From assembly GCA_963719505.1 (NCBI GenBank), contig CAVRCF010000005.1, positions 1,199,643 to 1,263,642 of the forward strand: DNA of 64,000 nucleotides. Reading direction: 5' to 3'. The notes under the pieces were generated by a model, which worked only from the letters and a program-made list of their open reading frames with translations, made no database searches and had not been told where the DNA came from. Origin of the DNA: Halobacteriovoraceae bacterium. Its GTDB lineage: Bacteria > Bdellovibrionota > Bacteriovoracia > Bacteriovoracales > Bacteriovoracaceae. Position numbers and translations under genes: made by a program. This document shows positions 29,014-40,080 of the stretch, in pieces (the stretch's first letter is position 1; every line of letters starts with the position of its first letter).

Positions 29014-29911
29014 ACACATCCTTCGCAGCTTTGTAGGTATTCTCATAGGCTTTTATTGTAGCATGTATAGGCTTTGAGTATCCACCCCCAAGGGCCATAG
29101 AAAGTGGAAAATCATTAAATTTTGCAAAGTTAAAGACCATTAAATCTCTTTGAAACAAGCACTCATATGATAGATTAAGAGTCCCTAGACTATCTTCTTT
29201 TAGAGCATCTACTCCTGCTTGATAGAGAACAATATCATAATTATTAACTGTCAAAGAAGCCAACGTTTCTCTTAAGGCTTCAATATACTCACCATCGGTA
29301 ACAGTATCTGGAAATGCTCTATCAATTGTTGAAGGCACTTTTCTAAAAGGATAATTTTTTTCTCCATGGAAACTTACAACGTCGACAAAGTCATCATCTT
29401 GAAAAAGTGAAGAGTTCCCATTTCCTTGATGAACATCTAAATCGATAATAAGAACTCGATGTCTAAACTTTTGGTTTAAAAGTGCGATGGCGATAGCAAA
29501 GTCGTTAAAAAAGCAAAAGCCTTCACCGCGATCGTAGCTTGCGTGGTGTGTTCCTCCGCACAAGCTGGAGGAGAAGCCCAACTCCTTCGCTGAAAATGCA
29601 GATTGAACGACGGCTCCAATTGAGGAGCGTGTGCGATCAAGCATTTGCTCGTTAAGTGGAAGTCCGACAATTCTGGCCCTCGCATGTTCTAAAGTATGAT
29701 TAAAAACGCTATCGACATACTCTTTTGCGTGAGCAAGATAAATACTTTGTCGATCGATAAGCTGTGCAGCATGCATAGAATTTGCTTGGACAATATTTTT
29801 CGCCACCAAAGCACTGCGCAATAAAGCATACTTCTCCATTGGAAACCTATGCCCATCTTCAAGCTTAACTTCATAGATATCATTGTAAAAAACTCTTATC
29901 TTTTCACTCAT
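29003..29911 (-). CDS. Histone deacetylase family protein
   Basis: HRFPMEKY, GGTHHA, GFCFFND, DLDVHQGNG, AGVD, GGGY. Confidence 0.92.
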   Translation of the reverse strand: MSEKIRVFYNDIYEVKLEDGHRFPMEKYALLRSALVAKNIVQANSMHAAQLIDRQSIYLAHAKEYVDSVFNHTLEHARARIVGLPLNEQMLDRTRSSIGAVVQSAFSAKELGFSSSLCGGTHHASYDRGEGFCFFNDFAIAIALLNQKFRHRVLIIDLDVHQGNGNSSLFQDDDFVDVVSFHGEKNYPFRKVPSTIDRAFPDTVTDGEYIEALRETLASLTVNNYDIVLYQAGVDALKEDSLGTLNLSYECLFQRDLMVFNFAKFNDFPLSMALGGGYSKPIHATIKAYENTYKAAKDVYGF

Positions 29912-29979
29912 TTAAATAAAATAGCATAAGACAATTCTCTCTGCTATAATTTGGGCAAATTTTAATAGCGAGGAAAATT

Positions 29980-31107
29980 ATGGCAATCACATCTGTACCT
30001 TTCATCACCCTAAACCGTTTCGAAGATGGGTTTAAGGAAAAATTTCTAAATGGAGTCACTGAACTTGTTGATAAAACTCAATTCGTCGGTGGACCGATTG
30101 TATCGACTTTAGAAGAAAATTTAGCAAAGAAAACCGAAGCAAAATTTGTCGTCGGGTGCGCTAATGGTACTGATGCCATACAAGTCGCTCTCAGAACAAT
30201 TGAAGTTGAAAAAGACGATATCGTACTCCTACCGGATATGACTTTTTGGGCGACTTTTGAAGCCGTTGTCAATGTTGGAGCGAAGCCAGTAACTGTGGAC
30301 GTTAATCGTGACACTTGTCACTGGGACTTTGATACTTTTAAAGAGGCAGTGGATAAGTTCAAACCAAAAGCCGCAATTATGGTTCATCTTTATGGCCATG
30401 CATCTCCAGACACAATGAAAATTAGAAGTTACGCAAAAGATAATAACGTTCTTCTTGTTGAAGATGGAGCTCAATGCTTTGGGACAAAAGTTGACGGCAA
30501 ATCAGTTCTAGGAACTGCACTCATTGCAACGACCAGCTTTTACCCTGCAAAAGTTCTCGGAGCTTCAGGTGATGCGGGAGCAATATTCACAAATGACTCA
30601 CAATTAGCAAATACCGCAAGAGTACTGACCAATCACGGAAGAACCACCCACTATACTCATGGGCTCGTTGGCTGGAACTCAAGGATTGGATCTTATGAGT
30701 CACTCTTTTTAAATCTCTCGTTAGACCATATCGATGCAAGGCTTAATAGCAGAAGAGAAGCGGTAAATTACTACTACCAAAACCTTCAAGGTCTTCCATT
30801 AAAAGTAAAACTATCCTCTGATAATGTGGATGAGAATGGATACTGTGCTGTGGCCATGATTGACCCAGAACTCAGAGGAGCTCTTATTGAGACCCTTAAG
30901 GATGCTGGAATTGGCTCTGGAACTATTTATCCAGGAGCTATGAGCCTACAAGAAGGGGCTGATAAGTATCTCGAAGGTAAAATTGACAATGGAAATGCAG
31001 ACTATATCTCAAAAGCAGTTTTAAACCTTCCTTGTTTTGCTTATATTACAAAAGATGAGCTTGAATATGTTGTCTCAACTGTAAAAAAGCACTTCAATAA
31101 TATGTAA
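29980..31107 (+). CDS. DegT/DnrJ/EryC1/StrS sugar aminotransferase
   Basis: NGTDA, VHLYG, EDGAQ, SFYPAKVLG..GDAG. Confidence 0.92.
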   Translation: MAITSVPFITLNRFEDGFKEKFLNGVTELVDKTQFVGGPIVSTLEENLAKKTEAKFVVGCANGTDAIQVALRTIEVEKDDIVLLPDMTFWATFEAVVNVGAKPVTVDVNRDTCHWDFDTFKEAVDKFKPKAAIMVHLYGHASPDTMKIRSYAKDNNVLLVEDGAQCFGTKVDGKSVLGTALIATTSFYPAKVLGASGDAGAIFTNDSQLANTARVLTNHGRTTHYTHGLVGWNSRIGSYESLFLNLSLDHIDARLNSRREAVNYYYQNLQGLPLKVKLSSDNVDENGYCAVAMIDPELRGALIETLKDAGIGSGTIYPGAMSLQEGADKYLEGKIDNGNADYISKAVLNLPCFAYITKDELEYVVSTVKKHFNNM

Positions 31108-31156
31108 AATATCCAATCAGAAAGAAAAAAGAGCGATTAATTGATATGAGTTCCAC

Positions 31157-32380
31157 ATGAACAAAATTATCTTAATCGCTTTTTTTATTTCTGGCTCTCT
31201 TTTTGCCAAATCAAATCTCTATCAAATAAGTTTTTCGACGTTTGTTGACCACAACGAGTTTTCTGCACAAAAAGCTATGAAGCATCAAATCGTTCACTCC
31301 ATGGGCACTGGTATGAATAGGTTCGCTAATAGATCGAGCTTAAATTATAATTATGAGATAAAAGTCACCGAGACTGTAACTTTTGAAAAATTCCAAAGGA
31401 CCTATTATTCATTTCGCGGTGAATTTCTCATTGAAAATGAATTGGATCAGATCGAAAACTACAAAATTATTTTACCTTTAAACCCCGAGACTATTTTTGA
31501 TAGTGCAAGCCGGTTTAAACATTATTGTTCAAAATCTGGTTACAGAGGTAATAAAGAAACCTTTTATTGGGCTTGGAGTCCAAACACAAAATACTGTGGA
31601 TTAAAAGTAAACGAGCATTTCCTTGAAGTCGAGATCAACAGTGCGACAAAAGTTGTTCAAGACTCTCTTCACCTTAGCTCTGAGTTTCTTGTCGATGATG
31701 AGTACGCTTTGTTCTACTACTTTGGATCTGACTTTTTCTCGCTTAGAAATTTTGGGATGGCCCAAAAAGGATATACTGAAATATCTAGAACTCTTCGACG
31801 TCTGGGTTTTTCTAAAATCAAGTATTCAAATATGCTCATGGAGATTATTGGGACGAATAGTCTTTACTCTCAGTTTCTCCACTACCAAGGAGAAATTCAC
31901 GGTAAAAAAGCAAACGCCTATATTATGCTTGGAAATCCAACCGATCACACTCCTGGAGCAAAAAAAGAGTTTTTTAAATTTACAAAATATGCGCTAGAAA
32001 ATGGAAGTACCTACACGTACATGGGTCATGCGGGCCTTGGGTCAGTCTTTAACCTTGATCTTCAAGAGCAACAGTTCGGCGAAAAAATAAATTATAATCT
32101 GAATCAAAAACAAATGATTTATATAGACGGATGTAATACTTTTTTCTATTCAACTAATTTTTTCTTTAAGAAAAAACCTTTAACCAACTCGCTAGTCCTC
32201 ATCACAAATGGATTGAGTATACTCACCAATTTCTACAAACAAACAGTATCAACAATTTTAGATAATCTACTCCTAGATCAGTTCACCAATGAAGATCTCG
32301 AGTCCAAGGCTGAATACTATATGCGCAACCAAAGAGCACGGCTCGATGAGATGGCACTTGTCAATGCGTCTTCAAATTAA
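31157..32380 (+). CDS. Secreted hypothetical protein, possible caspase/gingipain-fold peptidase
   Basis: Signal peptide; YTYMGHAG and IYIDGC motifs. Confidence 0.6.
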   Translation: MNKIILIAFFISGSLFAKSNLYQISFSTFVDHNEFSAQKAMKHQIVHSMGTGMNRFANRSSLNYNYEIKVTETVTFEKFQRTYYSFRGEFLIENELDQIENYKIILPLNPETIFDSASRFKHYCSKSGYRGNKETFYWAWSPNTKYCGLKVNEHFLEVEINSATKVVQDSLHLSSEFLVDDEYALFYYFGSDFFSLRNFGMAQKGYTEISRTLRRLGFSKIKYSNMLMEIIGTNSLYSQFLHYQGEIHGKKANAYIMLGNPTDHTPGAKKEFFKFTKYALENGSTYTYMGHAGLGSVFNLDLQEQQFGEKINYNLNQKQMIYIDGCNTFFYSTNFFFKKKPLTNSLVLITNGLSILTNFYKQTVSTILDNLLLDQFTNEDLESKAEYYMRNQRARLDEMALVNASSN

Positions 32381-32384
32381 AGAT

Positions 32385-32483
32385 CTACTGCAAGATATAG
32401 GCATAAATAACTGGGATTCCATAGGTCATTAAAAATGCCACGGCCATAAATAATGCAATTGAACCTAATGTTTCACGTTCCAT
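32385..32483 (-). CDS. Small single-pass membrane protein (32 aa)
   Basis: GGAGG RBS then MERETLGSIALFMAVAFLMTYGIPVIYAYILQ; below the ORF-track cutoff. Confidence 0.6.
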   Translation of the reverse strand: MERETLGSIALFMAVAFLMTYGIPVIYAYILQ

Positions 32484-32653
32484 AATTAATTCCTCCATAA
32501 AAAGAATATCGTTAATGTAAAAACATTTGGTTTTTGATCCTCATATTAATTGTGTTTTTTTCTTAACATAATCATCTCTTCCTTGATATACCTATGCGCT
32601 TAAACATAAAATAATGTAAATACAATCAGTTAAATTCTACTTTAAGGAGAATA

Positions 32654-33637
32654 ATGAAACACTTGGCATTTTTAATCTGTATCCTCTCTCTAAGTGCGTA
32701 TGCAAAGCACAGAGTTGACTTTGGAATTGGACTCACCTTTCCCCAAGCTCACACAGACTTCAATAATGAAGCTGACACTGATACATCAATTTTTCTAAAC
32801 TATAGACAAAAGACTTCCAAAGAACTCTCATTTGGTGCTGGTTACTATCGGTTTAATTTTTCTGATACTGATCTAAAAGATGATGTTTTCTATTTACTTG
32901 GACGCTATGACTTTGAATCTTACAGACACATCAGACCGTTTGCCTCGGTTGGTGCTGGTATGGCCAATATCGACCCTGAAGGAAGTTCCGATTACCTTAG
33001 ACTGACGACATTTGCAGGCCTTGGTGCCGATACGACTATTGCTCCCAATTTAAAACTTGGGGTAAATTTTAATTATCATTTCATTGCTAAGAAAACTTCA
33101 GCAAAGTCTGAACAAAGTATTTATATTCCTTCACTATTTTTAACTTATGCCTTTGGTCCTAAGGAAACACAAGCACCAGCTCCTATTCTTAGTGACTTTG
33201 ATAAAGATGGTGTAACAGATTCTGATGACCAATGCCCAAATACAAAAATGGGAGTGAGAGTAAATGCTTATGGGTGTGATGTTGAGAGAAAAGATATCAC
33301 CGTCGCTCTCGATGTGAAATTCGAAGCCTATAAGACTGAAATTGATCTTTCTTCCACAAGCCAACTAGATAAGATGGGGAGAACGCTAAAAAATAATCCT
33401 GAAATTTTCATTGAAATCCAAGGTCACACTGATACATCTGGAAATGAACAAAAGAACACAGAGTTGTCAAAGCTCAGAGCTGGATCAGTTAAAGATTATC
33501 TCGTAAGAAAACATGGAATTAATTCGGAAAGACTTATTGTTAGAGGATACGGACCAAAATTTCCTTTAAAATCAAATGATACCCCTGAAGGTCGTGAAGC
33601 AAATAGAAGAGTTCAAGCAAAAATCATTTCAAAATAA
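32654..33637 (+). CDS. OmpA/OprF family outer-membrane protein
   Basis: Signal peptide, beta-barrel, DFDKDGVTDSDDQCP repeat, IQGHTD...LSKLRA...GREANRRV. Confidence 0.92.
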   Translation: MKHLAFLICILSLSAYAKHRVDFGIGLTFPQAHTDFNNEADTDTSIFLNYRQKTSKELSFGAGYYRFNFSDTDLKDDVFYLLGRYDFESYRHIRPFASVGAGMANIDPEGSSDYLRLTTFAGLGADTTIAPNLKLGVNFNYHFIAKKTSAKSEQSIYIPSLFLTYAFGPKETQAPAPILSDFDKDGVTDSDDQCPNTKMGVRVNAYGCDVERKDITVALDVKFEAYKTEIDLSSTSQLDKMGRTLKNNPEIFIEIQGHTDTSGNEQKNTELSKLRAGSVKDYLVRKHGINSERLIVRGYGPKFPLKSNDTPEGREANRRVQAKIISK

Positions 33638-33643
33638 AAAACC

Positions 33644-33669
33644 AGAGCGCCTATTTATTTAGGCGCTCT
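33644..33669. terminator. Hairpin between convergent genes
   Basis: AGAGCGCCTA-TTTATT-TAGGCGCTCT. Confidence 0.75.
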
Positions 33670-33689
33670 AATCTTCAATCTAATATTTT

Positions 33690-34520
33690 TTAAACGTTTA
33701 AGGCTTTCAAATGAAAGTCGATATGACTTTTTAAAAATGTCGAGATAAAGAAATAGCTATGATCATAACCTTCTCTTAAATGAATTTTTGTTTTTTGTCC
33801 GTGCTCTTTGCATGTCTTTTCAAAATCTTTTGTCAAAAGCTGATCAGGATAAAATTCATCATCAAGACCTTGATCAATTAAAATTGGAAGGGGGTGTTTC
33901 GCTCCGCTTTTAATAAGTGAAGTGGCATCGTACTTATCCGCTTTTTCTTTCCAATCTGATCCCAAATAGCCTTCAAATGCTTTTTGTCCCCAGGGAACTT
34001 GAATAGGATTAGTGATAGGAGAAAAAGCCGAAATTGATTTGAATAAGTCGCTTTCGGTTAGACCTAAAATAAGTGCACCATGCCCTCCCATAGAGTGGCC
34101 CATGATAGAAACTCTTTCAATTCCAAATTTTTCCTTCAAAAGATTAACGATATCTCCTTTTATGAAGTCATACATTTGATAATGGTCTTTATAGCCTTCA
34201 GTCGTTGAATTAATATAAAAACCAGCTCCTGAACCAAAATCGTAAGACTCATGTTCCTTCGGAAGATCTAGACCTCTAGGTGAAGTATCAGGGCAGATAA
34301 TCATGACATCTTTTTGGGCCAACAGTGCTTGGCTTCCAGCTTTTGTAATAAAGTTTTCTTCATTACACGTTAAGCCTGAAAGCCAAATAATGGCTTTTTT
34401 TACCTTTCCCGCTTTAGGCTCGAAAGTGGAGAATTTCATCTTCGTTTTTGTCGCCTTGGAATCAAATTCATAAACACGAGTAAAGCCATCAAAGCTTTTA
34501 TTTTCTTTAAGTTTTTCCAT
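33690..34520 (-). CDS. frmB: S-formylglutathione hydrolase
   Basis: WLSGLTC, PDTSPRG, GHSMGGHG, YDHSYFF; start taken at MEKLK. Confidence 0.93.
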   Translation of the reverse strand: MEKLKENKSFDGFTRVYEFDSKATKTKMKFSTFEPKAGKVKKAIIWLSGLTCNEENFITKAGSQALLAQKDVMIICPDTSPRGLDLPKEHESYDFGSGAGFYINSTTEGYKDHYQMYDFIKGDIVNLLKEKFGIERVSIMGHSMGGHGALILGLTESDLFKSISAFSPITNPIQVPWGQKAFEGYLGSDWKEKADKYDATSLIKSGAKHPLPILIDQGLDDEFYPDQLLTKDFEKTCKEHGQKTKIHLREGYDHSYFFISTFLKSHIDFHLKALNV

Positions 34521-34521
34521 A

Positions 34522-35679
<1,158 letters not shown>

Positions 35680-35737
35680 TTATGACAAATTTAAAAATAT
35701 TAGCCAAGGCAGGAAGTGTCTATTTTACGCCACAAAT

Positions 35738-35770
35738 AAAAAAAGGCCCTACATAATAGTAGAGCCTTTT
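35738..35770 (-). terminator. Intrinsic terminator
   Basis: Minus strand AAAAGGCTCTAC-TATTAT-GTAGGGCCTTTTTTT after the 36164 gene. Confidence 0.75.
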
Positions 35771-35795
35771 GCTTTATTTTATTTGAAAAGATTAT

Positions 35796-36164
35796 TTAGA
35801 GATTTACAGACAAAATCGCAATAGAGATTTGAATATCACTTGCCTCAGAGATATCATCCTGTGCGTTATATCTAATTTTTTGAATAACTTCGTCTAGCAT
35901 TTCAGTCTTATTTGCTCCTTCAAGATAGTCATTCGCATCTGCTTGAACCGCTTCTAATTCAACTCTAGCTGCAGCCATTGTCGTCGCACTTGTTAAAACA
36001 AATGGAGAAAGGACTGTTCTTGTTGCTGCATCTAAAACAGCTGCTGTAAGTGCCGTTGTCGAAATTGTTACAGCTGAAACTTGATCGCCAAAACTTTGTG
36101 AAAAAGATGATGTTGAAAGAGTTAAAAGGGAAACCGTTAAAAGTGTTTGCATTGTTTTTTTCAT
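35796..36164 (-). CDS. Small secreted protein, DUF2388-like
   Basis: Signal peptide, Thr/Ala-rich N-half, DANDYL and C-terminal ASDIQISIAIL resembling DUF2388 (from recall). Confidence 0.55.
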   Translation of the reverse strand: MKKTMQTLLTVSLLTLSTSSFSQSFGDQVSAVTISTTALTAAVLDAATRTVLSPFVLTSATTMAAARVELEAVQADANDYLEGANKTEMLDEVIQKIRYNAQDDISEASDIQISIAILSVNL

Positions 36165-36330
36165 GAAATTCTCTCCGTCGCATTTAAGCGTTATGTTAGT
36201 GTTATTTGGATTTTGTGTTTCAAGATTAATTTAAAGGCTTTTTTATTTCTATGAACGTTGAATTGTTTATCAGGGGTGTCAAAAGATTAGACAGTTTTGT
36301 GGGGATAAGGGCCAAAGAAAGCCACTATTA

Positions 36331-36346
36331 TGGCATCACAATTGCT
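36331..36346 (+). promoter_or_regulatory. Sigma54 (-24/-12) promoter
   Basis: TGGCAT-CACAA-TTGCT, 26 nt before ATG 36373; TGT-N11-ACA at 36277-36293 may be an activator site. Confidence 0.7.
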
Positions 36347-36372
36347 ACATATAGGCAAAGGAAGGTTAATTT

Positions 36373-38343
36373 ATGAAAGTCCTAATTATTTTGCTATTCG
36401 TGGTTTCTAGTTTACCTGTGCTCAGCTTTGAGTTTAAAAGTAATCTTGATCACTCTGAGCATAATCAACTTATTCAAAGCTACTTTCAAGATGTAAAAAA
36501 CCTTCTTCCCCAAACAATAAAAACAAATATATCCCAGGTTATCGAAGTTCGGTTTGAAGATCTCGATTCAAAAAGACAAGGGATGAAGGGATTGGTGAAA
36601 AAGAAGATCCTACAAAAAAAGAAAAATATTTCTCTTATCAGACTCGACCTCTCCATCCTTGAAATGCTCAAGTCTCCAACAAGCTTAGTTAAGTCGGCAC
36701 ATAAAACAAATCAAGCGTTAGCAAATGCCGTCCTTCTTCATGAAGTGATGCATCTTTATGATTATCAAAATCTCTTTCTCGGAGCAGAAAAAGAGATGAA
36801 TGATACTTGTATTGATCAAAAAAAGAGTAAAAGCTTATCGAGAAAAGAGAAGCGCACATGTCGAAGACTAAAAAGAAAGAAATACACTCTTTCGGATAGC
36901 CGCCTATTCTCTAACCTTGCGGGATGGAATGCCCTAGGCCTTGTTAAGAAGAAAAACAAGCAGCACAATAGAAATTATCTCAGAACTCCAGATCGCTATG
37001 AACTTACAAATCGACAGGAGTTTTTAGGTGTCAACTTTGAGTTTTTTATTCTCGATCCTGAGTATAAATGTAGAAGACCAAATCTTTATTCCTATCTATC
37101 AAAGTCATTAAATGTGGAACCTCATTCAGAATATAACTGTCAAACCAGTACCAGAGTCCTTATGACATCTGAGGCCCTTCAAGGCAAAGAGGCAGCAGTC
37201 ATAGATCTTGATCCAAAAAGAGTCTACGAAGTGCACTACCTTTTTGCAGGAAAAGGGAAAGCGATTATGAGTAGATGGGGTCACGCGATGATAAGAATCA
37301 TCCTGTGTGCACCAGAAAGAACTGTTGTCGATCAAGAGTGTCTCAAAGATGTTGCCTATCATGTTGTTCTAAGCTTTAGGGCCAATATCACTGGTACTTC
37401 CATGAGCTATGCCAAAGGTATGAATGGAACCTATGATTCCCTTATGTTTCTTCTTCCTCTAAAGGATGTTGTAAAAGAATATACTCAAGGCGAATTTCGA
37501 GATGTCTTCTCAGTTCCTCTAAAACTAGATTCAGATCAAAAAGAACAAATGATGTTCACTATTCTTTCTCAGTACTGGGCTTATCGAGGCGCCTACTACT
37601 TCGCCTCTAATAACTGTGCGAATGAAACTCTCAAAATGATCCGCTTAGGTTTTAAAGATGATCTTCATATCCAAGCAATGACTGTGATCACACCAAATCA
37701 GATCTTTAATAGACTCGAAAGCATGAATCTGGGAGACATGAGTGTGCTTGAAGATAGGCAAAAAGCTATAAGCAAAGGCTACCTCTTTGAAGCAGCTCAT
37801 AAAAAACTCGAACAATCCTACTTAAGACTAGTTGAGTCCGGTGCAAAAATTGATTATAAAAACTACGAAGAGTTTTTGCAAAATTCAACTGCCTCTGATC
37901 GAGAAGTTATTTTACATCACTTGCAAGCGTCGCAGAAGTCAGTTGATAAAAGAAAGCGACTCGCTTCTCTTTTTAAGATAGAGAGTTTTCTCTTTGAGAA
38001 AAAACAACTGGAGTTGGTCTCCCTATTGGCGAAATTTATTAATGAACAAAAAAGAGACAATTCGCTAGATCCAAAAATTGAAAGGTATCTTAAAGACTAC
38101 CAACAATTACAAAATAGTTTGTTGGCTGAAAATATCATAAGCACAGGCTATGGGATCCCTCTAAGAGAAGAAATAGATCAGACTCTTGAAACTTCAACTG
38201 AAGGGGCCAAAGATCAAATTGCCAGTGTCAGCGACACCCTTATTCAATGGGCCCAGCAGAGTCATCGCGAAGAGCTTGAGGAAATTGGAAAAATACAGCA
38301 GAACAAAATTAAAATCTTCGAAACACTCCAAAGTAGCTTCTAG
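36373..38343 (+). CDS. Secreted DUF4105-domain protein with N-terminal HEXXH domain
   Basis: LLHEVMH; PDRYEL...EF.GVNFEFF.LDP.Y.CRRP; SRWGHAM; YYFASNNCA. Confidence 0.75.
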   Translation: MKVLIILLFVVSSLPVLSFEFKSNLDHSEHNQLIQSYFQDVKNLLPQTIKTNISQVIEVRFEDLDSKRQGMKGLVKKKILQKKKNISLIRLDLSILEMLKSPTSLVKSAHKTNQALANAVLLHEVMHLYDYQNLFLGAEKEMNDTCIDQKKSKSLSRKEKRTCRRLKRKKYTLSDSRLFSNLAGWNALGLVKKKNKQHNRNYLRTPDRYELTNRQEFLGVNFEFFILDPEYKCRRPNLYSYLSKSLNVEPHSEYNCQTSTRVLMTSEALQGKEAAVIDLDPKRVYEVHYLFAGKGKAIMSRWGHAMIRIILCAPERTVVDQECLKDVAYHVVLSFRANITGTSMSYAKGMNGTYDSLMFLLPLKDVVKEYTQGEFRDVFSVPLKLDSDQKEQMMFTILSQYWAYRGAYYFASNNCANETLKMIRLGFKDDLHIQAMTVITPNQIFNRLESMNLGDMSVLEDRQKAISKGYLFEAAHKKLEQSYLRLVESGAKIDYKNYEEFLQNSTASDREVILHHLQASQKSVDKRKRLASLFKIESFLFEKKQLELVSLLAKFINEQKRDNSLDPKIERYLKDYQQLQNSLLAENIISTGYGIPLREEIDQTLETSTEGAKDQIASVSDTLIQWAQQSHREELEEIGKIQQNKIKIFETLQSSF

Positions 38344-38374
38344 AGTCAAAAAGCAAGTTCATTTTTTGACTCTA
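38341..38374. terminator. Hairpin directly after the DUF4105 stop codon
   Basis: TAGAGTCAAAAA...TTTTTGACTCTA. Confidence 0.5.
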
Positions 38375-38504
38375 TGATCCACTTTAAAACCCCATAAAAG
38401 CTAAATGTGTAGTTTTCTACATATTGTCTAAAATTTTTCTGATTGATTACTCCTCCACTCTCTACTAGATTTGAATGAACAAAAACATTAAACAAAGGAC
38501 AAAA

Positions 38505-39014
38505 ATGAAATTTATTATTACCTTGGCCATTCTCTGTGTATTCTTTCTCTCATGTAGTCATCAAAAACTGATGAATAAAACTGTCGTTGATTTAGAGAGC
38601 AAAAGTAATAGCAAAGTAACTGGTGTTATTAATATTTGGGAGACAGAAGATTCAATAAAAGTGACTGCGAATGTCAAAGGATTAAACCCAAGCTCTGAGC
38701 ATGGTTTTCATATTCACGAAAAAGGAGATTGCTCAGCTAAGGATGCTAAAAGTGCGGGAGGTCATTACTCTCCTGAAGACAGCAAGCACGGAGGACCAGA
38801 CCAGATGAATCACCACCTTGGAGACATGGGGAATTTAACTTCAGACTCTGATGGTGTCGCAACAAAAACAATAGTGATAAAAAAATTGAATATTTCTAAA
38901 GGCAATAAGTTTTCTGTGAAAGGTAAAGCAATCATCATTCACAATGACCAAGATGATATGACCTCTCAGCCAAGTGGAAATGCCGGTGCAAGAATTGCTT
39001 GTGGTGTAATTTAA
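38505..39014 (+). CDS. sodC: Cu/Zn superoxide dismutase, lipoprotein
   Basis: Lipobox-like FLSC; HGFHIHE, AGGH, HLGDMGN, IIH, GNAGARIACGVI. Confidence 0.94.
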   Translation: MKFIITLAILCVFFLSCSHQKLMNKTVVDLESKSNSKVTGVINIWETEDSIKVTANVKGLNPSSEHGFHIHEKGDCSAKDAKSAGGHYSPEDSKHGGPDQMNHHLGDMGNLTSDSDGVATKTIVIKKLNISKGNKFSVKGKAIIIHNDQDDMTSQPSGNAGARIACGVI

Positions 39015-39032
39015 TATATAAAGAAGAGATTT

Positions 39033-39068
39033 CAGAGCCGAAAATATTAGTCGGCTCTGCTTTATTTT
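39033..39068 (+). terminator. Intrinsic terminator
   Basis: CAGAGCCGA...TCGGCTCTG followed by a T-rich tail. Confidence 0.75.
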
Positions 39069-39071
39069 GAG

Positions 39072-39389
39072 CTATAGTGAAGCTGTTCTATCATCAATTC
39101 GAAGACAATTTTTATTGGCAAAGTTCTCAAGTTTTTTCAGTTTATATTCAAGACGCTCGTGAGATCTGGTAGACGCTTCCGTGGAATCAACAAGGGCTTT
39201 TTTTATTATTTTTTCACCAATATTCAACTCTCTTTGAGTAATACCGACTGTGAGAACTTTTCCTTTCTTGATAGAAAACTGACTGACGACTTTATAGTCT
39301 AAGATTTTACATTCATCATACATTTTCTGTGTGCCACAAAAAGCGCCAACAGAAGACAGCCCTGCGACTATAAAGATTAAACTCTTCAT
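39072..39389 (-). CDS. Hypothetical secreted protein
   Basis: GGGGA RBS, start MKSLIFIVAG, signal-like N-terminus. Confidence 0.55.
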   Translation of the reverse strand: MKSLIFIVAGLSSVGAFCGTQKMYDECKILDYKVVSQFSIKKGKVLTVGITQRELNIGEKIIKKALVDSTEASTRSHERLEYKLKKLENFANKNCLRIDDRTASL

Positions 39390-39508
39390 AAATTCCCCAA
39401 TAATTAAGATAAAAAACGCAACATAGCACATCCCAGAATAAATGCACCATAGCGTTATAATACGTATAAAATCTTCACTTTCTTTAATCTAATAGTTAGA
39501 ATTTCTTC

Positions 39509-39994
39509 ATGAAAGAAGTGATATTAGTCTATGGAAACTCTGGCAGCGGCAAATCCACCTTAGCAAAAAAGCTTTGCCAGCAAAGATCCCTGGCTCATTT
39601 AGACCTAGATACAATTGCTTGGAATGACTCAACTCCCCCCGAAAGAAAGAGCTTAGCTGAGTCAGAAGTCCTCATAAAAGAGTTTATTAACTCAAATAAC
39701 GGATGTGTCATTGAAGGTTGTTATGGTGACCTTTTAGAGTCTACGCTTCCCTATGCAAGCGAACTTATCTATCTAGACCTCTCTATTGAAAACTGCATAG
39801 AGAACGCAAAAAATCGCCCCTGGGAGCCCCATAAATACGAATCTAAAGAGGCACAAGATAAGAACCTAAGTATGTTACTTGATTGGATTAAGGGGTATGA
39901 CCATCGAGATGATTCTCTTTCTAAAACATATCATGAAAAAGTCTTTATTCAGTTTGAAGGACCTAAGCAGAGAATTATTCACTTAAGTCCTTGA
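39509..39994 (+). CDS. P-loop kinase (adenylate/shikimate kinase-like)
   Basis: GNSGSGKST, HLDLD, VIEGCY. Confidence 0.85.
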   Translation: MKEVILVYGNSGSGKSTLAKKLCQQRSLAHLDLDTIAWNDSTPPERKSLAESEVLIKEFINSNNGCVIEGCYGDLLESTLPYASELIYLDLSIENCIENAKNRPWEPHKYESKEAQDKNLSMLLDWIKGYDHRDDSLSKTYHEKVFIQFEGPKQRIIHLSP

Positions 39995-40020
39995 ACTCAC
40001 TTATAAAAGCCAAAAATATT

Positions 40021-40072
40021 TTGTATGACACTTGAATAGTACAATTTTTTGTATTAATCTTCAGTAGTACAA
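40021..40072. promoter_or_regulatory. Tandem YtrA-type GntR operators
   Basis: Two copies of TTGTA-N14-TACAA immediately upstream of the GntR gene. Confidence 0.75.
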
Positions 40073-40080
40073 AGGAACTT

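Noticed and set aside
19559-29911. Functional link between the histone-like protein and the HDAC-family gene
   Set aside because: More than 8 kb apart in unrelated operons; only the names connect them.
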